Shown piece after piece: positions 10,280 through 22,619 of a DNA stretch of 64,000 nucleotides. A program made the position numbers and the translations under genes. Below the pieces are notes generated by a model. The model searched no databases. It was not told the DNA's origin and worked only from the letters and a program-made list of their open reading frames with translations. Position 1 is the first letter of the stretch, and the number at the start of each line of letters is the position of its first letter. Source of the stretch: an uncultured Actinomycetota bacterium (GTDB lineage Bacteria; Actinomycetota; Actinomycetes; CAVWCF01); contig CAVWCF010000001.1 of the NCBI GenBank assembly GCA_963753435.1, positions 320,001 to 384,000 of the forward strand, written 5' to 3'.

Positions 10280-11212
10280 CTACCCGATCACCGCGTCGAC
10301 AGCGACGGCGGTGAAGAGCAGCGCCAAGTAGGTGATCGAACCGTGGAAGAGGCGCATCGGCTGGGCTGGCTGTCCATCTCGAACGCGCCGCCACAACGCC
10401 ACTGCTTCCCAAAGGAACCATGCGCCGGTAGCGACGGCCACCACGCTGTAGACCACGCCCATCCCGGCGACCGGAACCAAGAGCAGCGAGAACGCGACCA
10501 TGACCACGCTGTAGGCGACGATCTCGACTGCCACGCGACGCTCGGACGCCACCACCGGCAGCATCGGCACTCCGGCGGCGGCGTAGTCGTCTCGGAACCG
10601 CAACGACAGTGGCCAGTAATGCGGTGGGGTCCAGAAGAAGACGACGGCGAACAGCACGACCGGCGTCCAGCTCAATGAGCCCGTTACCGCCGACCAGCCG
10701 ATCAAGACCGGCATGCAACCGGCGGCACCACCCCAGACGATGTTCTGGGCGGTGCGTCGCTTCAGGCCGAGGGTGTAGACGAGAACATAGAAGGCCACCG
10801 CTACCGCGGTCAGCACAGCCGATAGGCCGTTTACCAGCGTGGCCATCCAGACCACGGCGGAGATGCTCAGCACCAGGCCCAGGAGCAGCGCTTCGCGTGG
10901 GGAAACCTGCCCAGTTGCCAAAGGGCGATGGGCGGTGCGCTCCATCAGTCCGTCGATGTCCCGGTCCACGTAGCAGTTCAGGACGTTTGCCCCGGCGGCG
11001 GACAGCGTCCCGCCGATCAGTGTTGCGACGACAAGCCACAGCGGGGGGATGCCGCCCTCGGCGAGGAACATTGCCGGGACGGTCGTGACGAGGAGCAACT
11101 CGATGATCCGTGGCTTGCTCAGGGTTATCCACGCACGCAGACGGCTGGTGCGTCGCGCCGGCGACTGGGGCGTTGCGTCGCTGGCCGCGGGTCGCGGATC
11201 TACTGCGGTCAC
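10280..11212 (-). CDS. ctaB: Protoheme IX farnesyltransferase (heme O synthase)
   Basis: [43 protein letters not shown]. Confidence 0.96.
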   Translation of the reverse strand: MTAVDPRPAASDATPQSPARRTSRLRAWITLSKPRIIELLLVTTVPAMFLAEGGIPPLWLVVATLIGGTLSAAGANVLNCYVDRDIDGLMERTAHRPLATGQVSPREALLLGLVLSISAVVWMATLVNGLSAVLTAVAVAFYVLVYTLGLKRRTAQNIVWGGAAGCMPVLIGWSAVTGSLSWTPVVLFAVVFFWTPPHYWPLSLRFRDDYAAAGVPMLPVVASERRVAVEIVAYSVVMVAFSLLLVPVAGMGVVYSVVAVATGAWFLWEAVALWRRVRDGQPAQPMRLFHGSITYLALLFTAVAVDAVIG

Positions 11213-11352
11213 GGCACCTCGTCACGCGCCTGTCGGCGCACCCGAACCCAGAGCCGACGTGCGGCCCACCTCCCGGCGCTTTGTCGCCGATCAGCCCGCT
11301 CAGCCTAGCCGGTAGGGTTCTTGAGCCCTTGTCCCGAGAGGAGATCCGGTCA

Positions 11353-13390
11353 GTGAGCGTGCGGACCGACAACCCGGTTCTGCCGGACTGGACCGAAACC
11401 GACGATCGAGCCCTAAACGTCATCCGCGGCCTCGCCATGGATGCAGTAGAGGCCGCGGGCAACGGGCACCCGGGCACCGCCATGGCCCTGGCCCCGGCGG
11501 CCTATCTGCTCTTCCAACGACACCTGCGCCACGACCCCGCGGATCCGGGCTGGCTGGGCCGGGACCGGTTCGTGCTTTCCTGCGGTCACAGCAGCCTGAC
11601 GCTGTACATCCAGCTCTTCTTGTCTGGGTATCCCCTGACTCTCGATGACCTCAAAGCGTTCCGCTCCTGGGGCAGCCAGACTCCCGGACACCCTGAGTAC
11701 GGGCACACCCCGGGCGTTGAGACCACGACGGGGCCGTTGGGTCAGGGGTTGGCCACTGCGGTCGGCATGGCGATGGGGGTCCGCCGCAGTCGGGCCCTGC
11801 TGGACCCGGACGCCGTCGCCGGCACGAGCCCTTTCGATCACACCATCTGGGTGTTCGCATCCGACGGTGACATCGAGGAGGGGGTCACTGCAGAGGCCTC
11901 CTCCCTGGCCGGCCACCTGAAGTTGGACAACCTGATCGTCTTGTACGACGCCAACCGGATCACGATCGAGGGCGACACGGGGTTGGCGCTGTCCGAGGAT
12001 GTGCTGGCCCGATACGCCGCGTACGGCTGGCACACCCAACGCGTAGCCGACATCCGCGATGTCGCCGCGCTGGATGCGGCCTTTCGAGCCGCACGTGCCG
12101 CAGATCGACCCGCCTTCATCGAGGTGAACTCGGTCATCGCCTGGCCGGCGCCAAACGCCAGCAACACAGCCGCCTCGCATGGTTCGGCGCTTGGGGCGGA
12201 TGAAGTTGCGGCGACTAAGCGACTTCTGGGCCTGGACCCCGATTCGACGTTCGAAGTGCCCACAGCGGTGCTGGAGCGCAGCCGGCAGGTCGCAGCCAGA
12301 GGGGCGGAATTGCGCGCAACCTGGGACGGCGACCTAGCCCGGTGGCGCAGCAGCCATCCGGACCGCGCAGAGTTGCTGGACCGCCTGAGCCGCCGTGAGT
12401 TGCCCGCAGGCTGGACCGACGTGTTGCCGGAATTCGAGGTCGGCGCCTCCGTGGCGACGCGGTCGGCGAGCGGGAAAACACTGCAAGCGCTCGGTGCCGT
12501 ACTGCCTGAGCTATGGGGTGGCTCCGCGGACCTGGCCGGCTCGAACAACACGACCATCGACGGCAACGACAGCTTTCGGGCCGGAACACCCCGGACGCAC
12601 CATCCACTTCGGCATCCGCGAGCACGCCATGGGTGCAGCTCTAAACGGCATTGCGCTGCACGGCCTTACTCGGGCCTACGGCGGCACCTTCCTGGTCTTC
12701 AGTGACTACATGCGACCGGCGGTGCGGCTGGCGGCCTTGATGAACCTGCCAACGGTCTACGTGTGGACCCACGACTCCATCGGACTGGGTGAGGACGGGC
12801 CGACACACCAGCCGGTGGAACACCTGGCCGCACTGCGAGCCATCCCGGGGCTGGCGGTCGTCCGACCCGCCGATGCCACCGAGACCGCGGGCGCCTGGGC
12901 TGCCACGCTCGAGTCCGACGGTCCGGTGGCGCTGTGTCTGACCAGGCAAGGGCTACCCGTGCTGACTGGTTCCGACCCGGCCGCTGTGTCGCGTGGCGCC
13001 TACGTGGTCAGTGAAGCCGAGGGTGGCTCACCCCAGGTTCTCTTGCTTGCATCGGGGTCGGAAGTACAGATCGCCCTCGAAGCCCAAGACGTCCTCCAGC
13101 GCACCGGCGTCCCGGCGCGCGTGGTGTCCGTCCCGTGCATGGAGTGGTTTGCGCAACAGCCGGAGGACTATCGCGACGAGATCCTCCCGCCAGCGGTACG
13201 GGCACGAGTCTCAGTCGAGGCCGCGACCGCGCTGCCGTGGCATCGACTGGTTGGCGACATCGGAAAGACGGTGAGCCTGGAGCATTTCGGCGCATCGGCA
13301 CCGTACGAACGCCTGTACGCCGAATTCGGGTTGACCGCCGATGCTGTCGTGGCCGCGGCGCGGGAGTCTCTCGCGGAGGTAACCGGGTGA
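11353..13390 (+). CDS. tkt: Transketolase with an apparent single-base frameshift near 12575
   Basis: GHPG, DRFVLSCGH, TTGPLGQG in one frame; IHFGIREHAM, THDSIGLGEDGPTHQ in the next; removing one T in AGCTTTCGGG joins them; GAGAGGAG RBS before GTG 11353. Confidence 0.92.
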
Positions 13391-14490
13391 ATGGATCGCT
13401 GCGTGCCCTGACGCAGGCGGGAGTCTCGGTGTGGCTCGATGACATGAGTCGGGCCCGATTGCGGGACGGCAGCCTCCAGCAACTGATCTCGGACCTCGGG
13501 GTCAGCGGAGTCACGACCAACCCGACCATCTTCGCCGGTGCCGTATCCGACTCGGCTACCTACGCCGACGGTCTGGCCGACCTGAGTCGCCAGGGCGAAG
13601 ACGCCGAGGCGGCGACCGAAACCCTCATGGTCCAGGACGTCGCCGGCGCATGTGACGTCCTGCTCGGCACCTGGGAGTCGACCGAAGGTGTGGACGGCCG
13701 GGTCTCGATCGAAGTGGACCCCACGCTGGCGCATGAGGAGGACGCCACGGTCGAAGTGGCCCAACGACTTCATGACCGCGTGGGGCGGCCCAATGTCCTG
13801 GTGAAGATTCCGGCAACAAAGGCTGGGCTTCCTGCCATCCAGCGCACGCTGGCGGCGGGGGTTTCGGTCAACGTGACCCTTATCTTCTCGCCGGTTCGGT
13901 ACCGGGAGGTCCTGGACGCTTGGGCTGCCGGCTGCGAGCAGGCACTGGAATCCGGAGTTCCGGCCGAACGCCTGGTGAGCGTCGCATCATTCTTCGTCAG
14001 TCGCGTGGACACCGCAGTGGACCCGCTGCTCGATGAATCCGGCGATCCGCTCGCCGCCCAACTGCGCGGCGGCACCGGACTGGCGAACGCCCGACTTGCT
14101 CACGGAGTCTTCCGCGACTTCTGTGCCACCGAGCGGGTTCAGGCGCTCGCTGCATCCGGGGTTCGGCTGCAACGACCGCTATGGGCGTCCACTGGCGTGA
14201 AGGATCCGGCCTACTCCCCCACGATGTACGTGGACGGCCTGGTCACCGAGGGAACCGTGAACACGCTCCCGGAGGCCACCTTGCACGCTGCTGCGGCCGC
14301 CGACCCCGTTTCGGCGGAGACCGTGATCAGCCGGTACGACGAAGCCGTTGAGCATTTCAACCGCCTGGCCGAGGTAGGCGTGGACATGGAATCCGTCTAT
14401 CTGAATCTGGAGCGAGAGGGCGTCGACAAGTTCGTGGGTTCCTGGCGTGACCTCCTGCGCAGCGTGGACTCGGGGTTGGCGCAGGCATGA
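13387..14490 (+). CDS. tal: Transaldolase
   Basis: SVWLDD, GVTTNPTIF, VSIEVDP, VKIPAT, SFFVSRVD, LWASTGVK; GTGA overlap with tkt. Confidence 0.95.
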   Translation: MNGSLRALTQAGVSVWLDDMSRARLRDGSLQQLISDLGVSGVTTNPTIFAGAVSDSATYADGLADLSRQGEDAEAATETLMVQDVAGACDVLLGTWESTEGVDGRVSIEVDPTLAHEEDATVEVAQRLHDRVGRPNVLVKIPATKAGLPAIQRTLAAGVSVNVTLIFSPVRYREVLDAWAAGCEQALESGVPAERLVSVASFFVSRVDTAVDPLLDESGDPLAAQLRGGTGLANARLAHGVFRDFCATERVQALAASGVRLQRPLWASTGVKDPAYSPTMYVDGLVTEGTVNTLPEATLHAAAAADPVSAETVISRYDEAVEHFNRLAEVGVDMESVYLNLEREGVDKFVGSWRDLLRSVDSGLAQA

Positions 14491-15947
14491 TCGACGTCAT
14501 TGCCGCCGACCCGGACATCGACGACCTGCTCGCCGATTGGCAAAGTCGTTCGCTGGTGTCGCGGCTTGCCGCCGGCGAAACCGACTTGTGGGGCCCCGAC
14601 GCGCAAGCGGAGGCCACCCAGCGGCTCGGCTGGCTGGACCTGCCCGCCGACAGCTTGCGCCGGCTGCCGCAGTGGCAGGAACTGACGGTTGAGCGAGCCG
14701 ATCTGCGACGCGTGGCGTTGGCCGGCATGGGTGGTTCCTCCCTGGGTGCGGAGGTTGTCGCAAACGCAACCGGAGTCGACCTGGTGACGGTGGACACCAC
14801 CGATCCGGTCGCGGTTCAGCGTCGACTTCTGGACCGCGCCACAGAGACGCTGCTCGTCGTCGCCAGCAAGTCCGGCAGCACCGTCGAAACCAACGCCCAT
14901 CGGCAGGCCTTTGAGCAAACCCTCGCCGAAGCCGGGCTGGACCCGGGTCAACGCGCGCGGCACATCATCGTGGTAACCGACCCTGGCTCCCCGTTGGAGC
15001 AGCTCGCTGGCGAGGCCGGTTGGGCGGTAGTGCACGGCCGTGCCGATGTCGGTGGTCGGTTCAGCGTGCTCTCGGCGTTCGGCCTGCTAGCCCCACTGCT
15101 GGCCGGGGCCGCGATCGGCCCGCTGCTCGCGGACGCAGCGCAGTTTCAGCCCCTGTTGGCCGACCCGCAGGGACCGGCGGCGCGCCTGGGTGCGGCCATG
15201 GCGTTGGCAGCCAAGCGGACCGGCCAGATGGCGCCCCGGGGTGCCTTCGGATTCGCCGACTGGGCGGAGCAACTGATTGCCGAATCCAGCGGCAAGTCCG
15301 GTACCGGGCTGCTTCCCGTGGTGGGCGAATCCCCGGTGGCCGTCGTCTTCGGCGACGAAGCCGGGGCCGAGGTTCGGGTGGATGGGCCGCTCGGAGCGCA
15401 GTTCTTGGCGTGGGAGTTCGCAACGTCGCTGTTGTGCGCTGAACTTGGGGTGAACGCCTTCGACCAGCCGGACGTTCAGCGGGCCAAGTCGGCTACGTCC
15501 GCGTTGCTCGCCGAGGGCAGTTCGTGGGGGACGCCCGACCGGGACCCGGCGGAAGTGGGACCGGACCTGGCTGCCCTGGCCGACGGGGTCCCCAGTGGCG
15601 GGTATCTGGCCATCCTGGCGTTCCTCGATCCGGATGCGGACCGCGACCTGCAGAAACTGCGCGACCGCCTGCAGGCGCGCCGCAGCGACATCTCCGTCAC
15701 ATTCGGATGGGGTCCCCGGTACCTGCACTCCACCGGTCAGTACCACAAGGGCGGCCCTGCGGTCGGTTCCTACCTGTTCATCACCGGCTCCGCGGGCCAA
15801 CAGGTCTCCGGTGGATACGCCTTCGCAGATCTCCAGCGAGCGCAGGCGCTAGGTGACCTCAAGGTGCTTCAGGACCTCGGCCGACCGACTCTGCACGTGC
15901 ATCTGACGGACCGACGCACAGGTATCGCCGCATTGCTAGCGACCTGA
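14487..15947 (+). CDS. pgi: Glucose-6-phosphate isomerase (actinobacterial SIS type)
   Basis: GMGGSSL, SKSGSTVET, VGGRFS, EQLIAESSGK, FDQPDV, HSTGQYHKGG. Confidence 0.85.
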   Translation: MIDVIAADPDIDDLLADWQSRSLVSRLAAGETDLWGPDAQAEATQRLGWLDLPADSLRRLPQWQELTVERADLRRVALAGMGGSSLGAEVVANATGVDLVTVDTTDPVAVQRRLLDRATETLLVVASKSGSTVETNAHRQAFEQTLAEAGLDPGQRARHIIVVTDPGSPLEQLAGEAGWAVVHGRADVGGRFSVLSAFGLLAPLLAGAAIGPLLADAAQFQPLLADPQGPAARLGAAMALAAKRTGQMAPRGAFGFADWAEQLIAESSGKSGTGLLPVVGESPVAVVFGDEAGAEVRVDGPLGAQFLAWEFATSLLCAELGVNAFDQPDVQRAKSATSALLAEGSSWGTPDRDPAEVGPDLAALADGVPSGGYLAILAFLDPDADRDLQKLRDRLQARRSDISVTFGWGPRYLHSTGQYHKGGPAVGSYLFITGSAGQQVSGGYAFADLQRAQALGDLKVLQDLGRPTLHVHLTDRRTGIAALLAT

Positions 15948-16004
15948 TGCGGGCGTACCCAATCGTCAAGCTGTGATCGATCCGGCGTCGCTTGAACTGG
16001 GCCC

Positions 16005-16346
16005 CTAGCGCTTACGGTTCTTGCGCAGTTCCTCGATCGCCTCGTCCAGGATCGCGGCGCCGTCCTTGTCGCTGCGCCGTTCCTTCACGTACGCAAGGTG
16101 AGTCTTGTATGGCTCGTTCTTGGGCGGCGACGGCGGATTGGCCTTGTCCTGTCCGGCCGGCCATCCGCAGCGCGGGCAGTCCCACTGCTCGGGGATGTCC
16201 GCCTCTTCGGCGAACGAGGGACGGGATTCGTGGCCCTGGCCGCACCAGAACGAGATGATGAACCGAGGAGCGGCCTCGCCGCGTTCCTGCTCTCCCATCG
16301 GTCCGGCCCCTACTCGGGACCCCCGAATTGCGCTACCGCCGGCCAC
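16005..16346 (-). CDS. rbpA: RNA polymerase-binding protein RbpA
   Basis: AIRGSRVG, C..GH, WDCPRCG, KTHLAYVKERRS. Confidence 0.93.
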   Translation of the reverse strand: MAGGSAIRGSRVGAGPMGEQERGEAAPRFIISFWCGQGHESRPSFAEEADIPEQWDCPRCGWPAGQDKANPPSPPKNEPYKTHLAYVKERRSDKDGAAILDEAIEELRKNRKR

Positions 16347-16373
16347 TGGCCCTCCCCTTCGTTCGTTGCATGA

Positions 16374-16619
16374 TCACGCTAGGGACTTAACGACCAGGCC
16401 CAGGGCCACAACGCAGGCGATCCACACGATGCCGATGCCGATCGTGAGTCGATCCAGGTTGCGCTCAACCACCGATGAGCCACCGTAGGAGGTCGAGATA
16501 CCCCCGCCGAACATGTCGGACAGCCCACCGCCCTTGCCCTTGTGTAGAAGCACAAGGCTGATGAGCGCCAAACTTGTGAGCGCCAACAAGATCGCGAAGA
16601 TATACGCGATGATCGTCAC
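16374..16619 (-). CDS. secG: Preprotein translocase subunit SecG
   Basis: LLHKGKGGGLSDMFGGG, ERNLDRLT, two TMs. Confidence 0.96.
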   Translation of the reverse strand: MTIIAYIFAILLALTSLALISLVLLHKGKGGGLSDMFGGGISTSYGGSSVVERNLDRLTIGIGIVWIACVVALGLVVKSLA

Positions 16620-16667
16620 GAGCGGTCCTTCCAGTGGTCCTCGGCGAGCAGGATAACCCGCAAGTGG

Positions 16668-17453
16668 CTACGAGCCGATCTCGCGGTACCGAGCAAGGTC
16701 GGCGAACGACTCCGGCTTCAGGGACGCACCCCCGACCAGCGCGCCGTCCACGTCCGGCTGGGCCATGATCGAAACCACGTTGTCCGGCTTCACCGACCCG
16801 CCGTAGAGGATGCGGACCCCGCTACCGGCGTCGGCGCCGTGCAGTTCGGTGATGACCGACCGGATCGCGGCGGCCATCTCCTGCGCGTCCTCGCCCGTCG
16901 CGACCTCACCGGTGCCAATCGCCCACACCGGTTCGTAGGCGACAACTCCCTCGTTGACCTTGGCGGAGTCGGCCCCGGCCAAGGATCCACGCAGCTGTTC
17001 CAGCGTGTACTCGACCTGCGTTCCGGATTGCCGGACATCCAATGGCTCGCCCACGCACACGATCGGGGTGAGCCCATGTCGCCAAGCCGCCTGCGCCTTG
17101 GCGGCCACCATCTCGTTGGACTCGGCGTGATACTGCCGCCGTTCGCTGTGCCCGACCGTCACGAACGAGCAGCCCAACTTGGCCAGCATGGCACCGGAGA
17201 TCTCCCCGGTGAACGCCCCATCCTCGTTTGCGGACAGGTCTTGTGCCCCGTACCGGATTCGGAGTCGGTCACCGTCCACCAGGGTCTGCACGGACCGAAT
17301 GGCTGTGAACGGCGGAAGCACGACCACGTCCACTGCTTCGTAATCGGCATCGGTCAGCGTGAATGCAAGCTTCTGCACGTGGGCGATGGCGTCCAGATGA
17401 TTCAGGTTCATCTTCCAGTTGCCGGCCATGAGCGGCTTTCGGGCCGCGGTCAT
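16668..17453 (-). CDS. tpiA: Triosephosphate isomerase
   Basis: [37 protein letters not shown]. Confidence 0.97.
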   Translation of the reverse strand: MTAARKPLMAGNWKMNLNHLDAIAHVQKLAFTLTDADYEAVDVVVLPPFTAIRSVQTLVDGDRLRIRYGAQDLSANEDGAFTGEISGAMLAKLGCSFVTVGHSERRQYHAESNEMVAAKAQAAWRHGLTPIVCVGEPLDVRQSGTQVEYTLEQLRGSLAGADSAKVNEGVVAYEPVWAIGTGEVATGEDAQEMAAAIRSVITELHGADAGSGVRILYGGSVKPDNVVSIMAQPDVDGALVGGASLKPESFADLARYREIGS

Positions 17454-18643
17454 GAGTCGGTCTCCAGGGCCTGCAGCCCAGGAAGGGGCCGCCCTTCCAG
17501 GTACTCCAGACTGGCGCCGCCACCGGTGGAAATGTGGTCGTAGGCATCTTCCGACAGGCCGAGCAGTCGAACCGCAGCAGCCGAATCGCCGCCGCCGACA
17601 ACCGAGAACGCGTCGGATCTGGCCAACGCCTCGGCGACCTCACGGGTGCCGTGCGCGAAAGGTGGCATCTCAAAGACCCCCATCGGGCCGTTCCAGAAGA
17701 CGGTCCCGGAGTCCTGCAGTTCCGCCCCGAACAGCTGCCGCGTCTCCGGCCCGATGTCGAGGCCCATCATCGATTCGGGAATCGCGTCGGCATCCACGAC
17801 GTGGTGTTCGGCGTCCACTGCAAAATGCGTGGCAGCCACGACATCGACCGGCAGCAAGACCTCAACTCCGCGTTCCTCAGCAGCCGCCAATACTTCGGTC
17901 ACGGTCGGGATCAGTTCAGTCTCCAGCAGGGAGGATCCGACGCTGAACCCGCGGGCGGCGAGGAAGGTGAACGCCATGCCCCCACCGATGAGCAGTCGAT
18001 CCACGCTCTGGACCAGTGACGTTAGGACTGCCAGTTTGTCCGAGACCTTCGAACCACCCAACAGCACCGTGAACGGCCGCTTTGGATCGTCGGTGAGTTG
18101 GCGCAGCACCTCCACTTCCGCCGACACCAGCCGCCCGGCTGCGTGGGGCAACAGCAGCGGTAGGTCATAGACGCTGGCGTGCTTGCGGTGCAGCGCACCG
18201 AATCCGTCGCCGACGTACACGTCCGCAAGCCTCGCCAGTCTGGCCGCGAAGTCAGCCCGCTGCCTGTCGTCCTTGGCCGTCTCAGCGGCCTCAAAGCGCA
18301 GGTTCTCCAACATGGCCACCTGGCCGGGCTGAAGCGCGCTGGCCACGGCCGCAGCGGAGCCCCCGGCCACGTCGTCGGCCACTTTGACGTCGGTGGCCAG
18401 CAGCGCGGAAAGTCGGTCCGCAACCGGTTGCACCGACAGCTCGGGAACCACCTCGCCCTTAGGCCGCCCCAAGTGGCTGGCAACCAGGACTGCGGCACCA
18501 CGTCCGAGGAGGTCCTGAAGTGTCGGGAGGCAAGCGCGGATCCGCCCGTCGTCGGTTATCTCCTGGCCGTCCAGCGGGACATTCAGGTCAGCTCGGACGA
18601 ACACTGTCCGCTGTGCGACGTCCAGGTCGTCGAGAGTGCGCAT
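17450..18643 (-). CDS. pgk: Phosphoglycerate kinase
   Basis: [49 protein letters not shown]. Confidence 0.97.
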   Translation of the reverse strand: MRTLDDLDVAQRTVFVRADLNVPLDGQEITDDGRIRACLPTLQDLLGRGAAVLVASHLGRPKGEVVPELSVQPVADRLSALLATDVKVADDVAGGSAAAVASALQPGQVAMLENLRFEAAETAKDDRQRADFAARLARLADVYVGDGFGALHRKHASVYDLPLLLPHAAGRLVSAEVEVLRQLTDDPKRPFTVLLGGSKVSDKLAVLTSLVQSVDRLLIGGGMAFTFLAARGFSVGSSLLETELIPTVTEVLAAAEERGVEVLLPVDVVAATHFAVDAEHHVVDADAIPESMMGLDIGPETRQLFGAELQDSGTVFWNGPMGVFEMPPFAHGTREVAEALARSDAFSVVGGGDSAAAVRLLGLSEDAYDHISTGGGASLEYLEGRPLPGLQALETDS

Positions 18644-18648
18644 CCCGT

Positions 18649-19755
<1,107 letters not shown>

Positions 19756-19765
19756 CTATGGCCGC

Positions 19766-20746
19766 TCAGCCGTCGAGCATCTCCGGGGTCAGTGCCTGCT
19801 CGGTGTCCGGGATGCCCAACTCCTCCGCGCGCTTGTCGGCCATCGCCAGCAACCGGCGGATCCGGCCCGCGACTGCGTCCTTCGTAAGCGGCGGATTCGC
19901 CAGGGCGCCGAGTTCCTCCAACGATGCCTGCTTGTGCTGTAGACGCAGGTTGCCCGCTTCGGCGAGATGATCCGGAACCTCGTCACCGAGGATCTCCATG
20001 GCGCGTTCCACCCGGGCTCCGGCGGCCACCGCCGCGCGGACCGACCGCCGCAGGTTGGCGTCGTCGAAGTTGGCCAGGCGGTGTGCGGTCGCCCGAACCT
20101 CCCGGCGCATCCGCCGTTCCTCCCAAGCCAGGACGCTGTCGTGCGCGCCCAGTCGGGTCAGGAGCGAACCGATCGCGTCCCCGTCCTTGAGGACGACCCG
20201 GTCCACGCCCCGCACCTCACGGGCCTTTGCCGTAACGCCCAATCGGCGGGCCGCACCCACCAGGGCCATCGCCGCCTCCGGGCCGGGTGAGGTCACCTCC
20301 AGCGCGCTGCTGCGGCCAGGCTCGGTCAGGGAGCCGCGAGCCAGGAAGGCGCCCCGCCAAGCCGACTCGGCATCGCACAGGGAGCCGTTGACGACCTGTG
20401 ACGGCAACCCCCGTACCGGGCGGCCGCGGCTGTCGATCAGCCCCGTCTGCAGGGCCAGCGCCTCACCGTCCTTGACGACGCGGACGACGTATCTGTTGCC
20501 CTTGCGAAGTCCTCCCGGCGCCAGCACATGGACCTCGCTGGGGTGACCGAAGACCTCGGCGATGTCGCGGCGCAAGCGACGGGCCGCTGCACCCGTATCA
20601 AGCTCGGCCTCGACCACGATGCGACCGGCCACGATGTGCAGCCCACCTGCGAAACGCAGCGTCGTAGCCACCTCCGCTTTGCGGCAACAGGGCTTCGTGA
20701 TGGCGATCCGAGACAACTCGTCCTTGACCGCCGCTGTCATCGCCAC
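19766..20746 (-). CDS. whiA: DNA-binding protein WhiA
   Basis: [50 protein letters not shown]. Confidence 0.97.
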   Translation of the reverse strand: MAMTAAVKDELSRIAITKPCCRKAEVATTLRFAGGLHIVAGRIVVEAELDTGAAARRLRRDIAEVFGHPSEVHVLAPGGLRKGNRYVVRVVKDGEALALQTGLIDSRGRPVRGLPSQVVNGSLCDAESAWRGAFLARGSLTEPGRSSALEVTSPGPEAAMALVGAARRLGVTAKAREVRGVDRVVLKDGDAIGSLLTRLGAHDSVLAWEERRMRREVRATAHRLANFDDANLRRSVRAAVAAGARVERAMEILGDEVPDHLAEAGNLRLQHKQASLEELGALANPPLTKDAVAGRIRRLLAMADKRAEELGIPDTEQALTPEMLDG

Positions 20747-21744
20747 GCCCCGATATTGCCACGGACGCCCATGTTGGCGAGCGCGCCTGCCAACCGGACC
20801 GGATCGTGATGACCTGTTTGGCGTGGGTCGCTGACGTCCTCGAAGCGCACGTCGGCCCCCAGCGCCGCTGCCGAGTTCCGCAATCCGGTCTCCCAGGGCT
20901 TGGCGCTGCTGTCGGCCAGAACATGATCAACTCGCAGCCCGGGGACGTGCTCGGCCAACACGTCCAGATGGCGCGGCGGATCGAAGCCGGCGGTTTCCCC
21001 GGGCTGGCCGACCAGGTTCAACACCACGATGCGCCGCTGGGGGCCGCTGACCACGGCAGCGGCGAGATCGGGCACGAGCAGATGTGGCAGCAGGCTCGTA
21101 TACCAGGAGCCGGGCCCGAGCACGGCGATGTCCGCCTGGCGTAGAGCCGCGACCGCGGCCGGGCAGGCCTGCGGCGGATCCGGATGTAGCCGTACGTCGA
21201 GGATCTCGTCGGCACAGGTGGCAACCGCCTCCTGCCCGGCGACTTCCCGGACCCCGTCCGGACCGCGAACGCTCGCGACGATCTCCAAGGGTTGTTCGCT
21301 CATGGGCAGGACGCGGCCGTGTGTTTGCAGCAGCCGACCCATCCAGTCCAGACCGGCGACCGGATCCCCGGTTATTTCCCACAACGCGGCGAGCAGGACG
21401 TTGCCAACCGCGTGACCGGCCAGGTCCCCCTCGCCGCCGAACCGGTGTTGTGACACCGAACTCCAGGTCGCGCCCCAGTCGTCGTCGCCGCATAGCGCCG
21501 CCAACGCCATGCGTAGGTCCCCTGGCGGCAACCCGCCGAACTGCCGCCGAATGCGACCGCTGGAACCCCCGTTGTCGGCCACGGTCACGACTGCCGTGAG
21601 ATTTGGCGTCAGCCGACGTAGCGCCCGCAGGGAGACGGCGAGTCCGTGACCGCCCCCCAGCGCCACCACGGCCGGCGGTCCACCCTGGCCTTCGCGAGCC
21701 GACGATGGGGCGACCTCGGTCCGGGGCAGGTCGATCTCCGTCAT
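20737..21744 (-). CDS. yvcK: YvcK/CofD family UDP-GlcNAc-binding protein (CuvA)
   Basis: [32 protein letters not shown]; between rapZ and whiA. Confidence 0.93.
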   Translation of the reverse strand: MTEIDLPRTEVAPSSAREGQGGPPAVVALGGGHGLAVSLRALRRLTPNLTAVVTVADNGGSSGRIRRQFGGLPPGDLRMALAALCGDDDWGATWSSVSQHRFGGEGDLAGHAVGNVLLAALWEITGDPVAGLDWMGRLLQTHGRVLPMSEQPLEIVASVRGPDGVREVAGQEAVATCADEILDVRLHPDPPQACPAAVAALRQADIAVLGPGSWYTSLLPHLLVPDLAAAVVSGPQRRIVVLNLVGQPGETAGFDPPRHLDVLAEHVPGLRVDHVLADSSAKPWETGLRNSAAALGADVRFEDVSDPRQTGHHDPVRLAGALANMGVRGNIGAWR

Positions 21745-22619
21745 TCGCGGCCCACGTCCCGATGAACGACCTGCAGGTCAACGCCGTCCGCGCGGAGTCG
21801 CCGAGCCAGGTCCTCGGTGACGGCAACGCTGCGGTGCTTGCCCCCGGTGCAGCCGATCGCAACCGTCAGGAAGCGCTTTCCCTCGCTGCGGAATCCCGGC
21901 AGCGCCTCCCGCAGTAGGCCCTCGATGTTCGTCAGGGCCGGCTCGGCGCTGGGTTGGGAGAGCACGTACTGGCGCACGTCTTCGGTTTGGCCCGTCAACG
22001 GCCGCAACTCGGGGATCCAGTGGGGGTTGGGCAGGAACCGCATGTCCAGAACCAGGTCGGCGTCCAGCGGGATCCCGTACTTGAAGCCAAACGACAGCAA
22101 GGTGACGCGCGTGTCTGCGGCCCCACGGCCTAAGGCCTCGACCTTGTCCCGTAGTTGATGCACCGTCAGGTCGGTCGTGTCGATCACCAAGTCCGCTTGG
22201 GCCCGCAGTGCCGACAGCACGTCCCGTTCGGCCTGAATGCCGTCGACGATGCGACCGGAACCCTGCAGCGGGTGCGGTCGGCGCACCGCCTCGAAGCGAC
22301 GCACGAGCGCTTGGTCGGACGCCTCGAGGAAGACAATCCGCGGGTTCAGTCCCGCCCCCCGGACCTGCTCAAGGGAGTCGGTGAGGTCGGCGAAGAACGC
22401 CCGCCCCCGGACGTCGACCACGACCGCAAGGCGGTCGACCCGCCCCTCGGTTCTAGCGCCGAGGGTCGCCAATGTCGGCAACAAGCCCGGTGGGAGATTG
22501 TCGACGACAAACCAGCCCAGGTCCTCGAGGACGTGCGCGACGGTGCTGCGACCGGCTCCGGACATGCCGCTGATCAGCAACAACTCCGTGCTCGCGGGTC
22601 CCACGGGGGCAGTCGTCAC
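21741..22619 (-). CDS. rapZ: RNase adapter RapZ (YvcJ) P-loop protein
   Basis: [36 protein letters not shown]. Confidence 0.95.
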   Translation of the reverse strand: MTTAPVGPASTELLLISGMSGAGRSTVAHVLEDLGWFVVDNLPPGLLPTLATLGARTEGRVDRLAVVVDVRGRAFFADLTDSLEQVRGAGLNPRIVFLEASDQALVRRFEAVRRPHPLQGSGRIVDGIQAERDVLSALRAQADLVIDTTDLTVHQLRDKVEALGRGAADTRVTLLSFGFKYGIPLDADLVLDMRFLPNPHWIPELRPLTGQTEDVRQYVLSQPSAEPALTNIEGLLREALPGFRSEGKRFLTVAIGCTGGKHRSVAVTEDLARRLRADGVDLQVVHRDVGRE

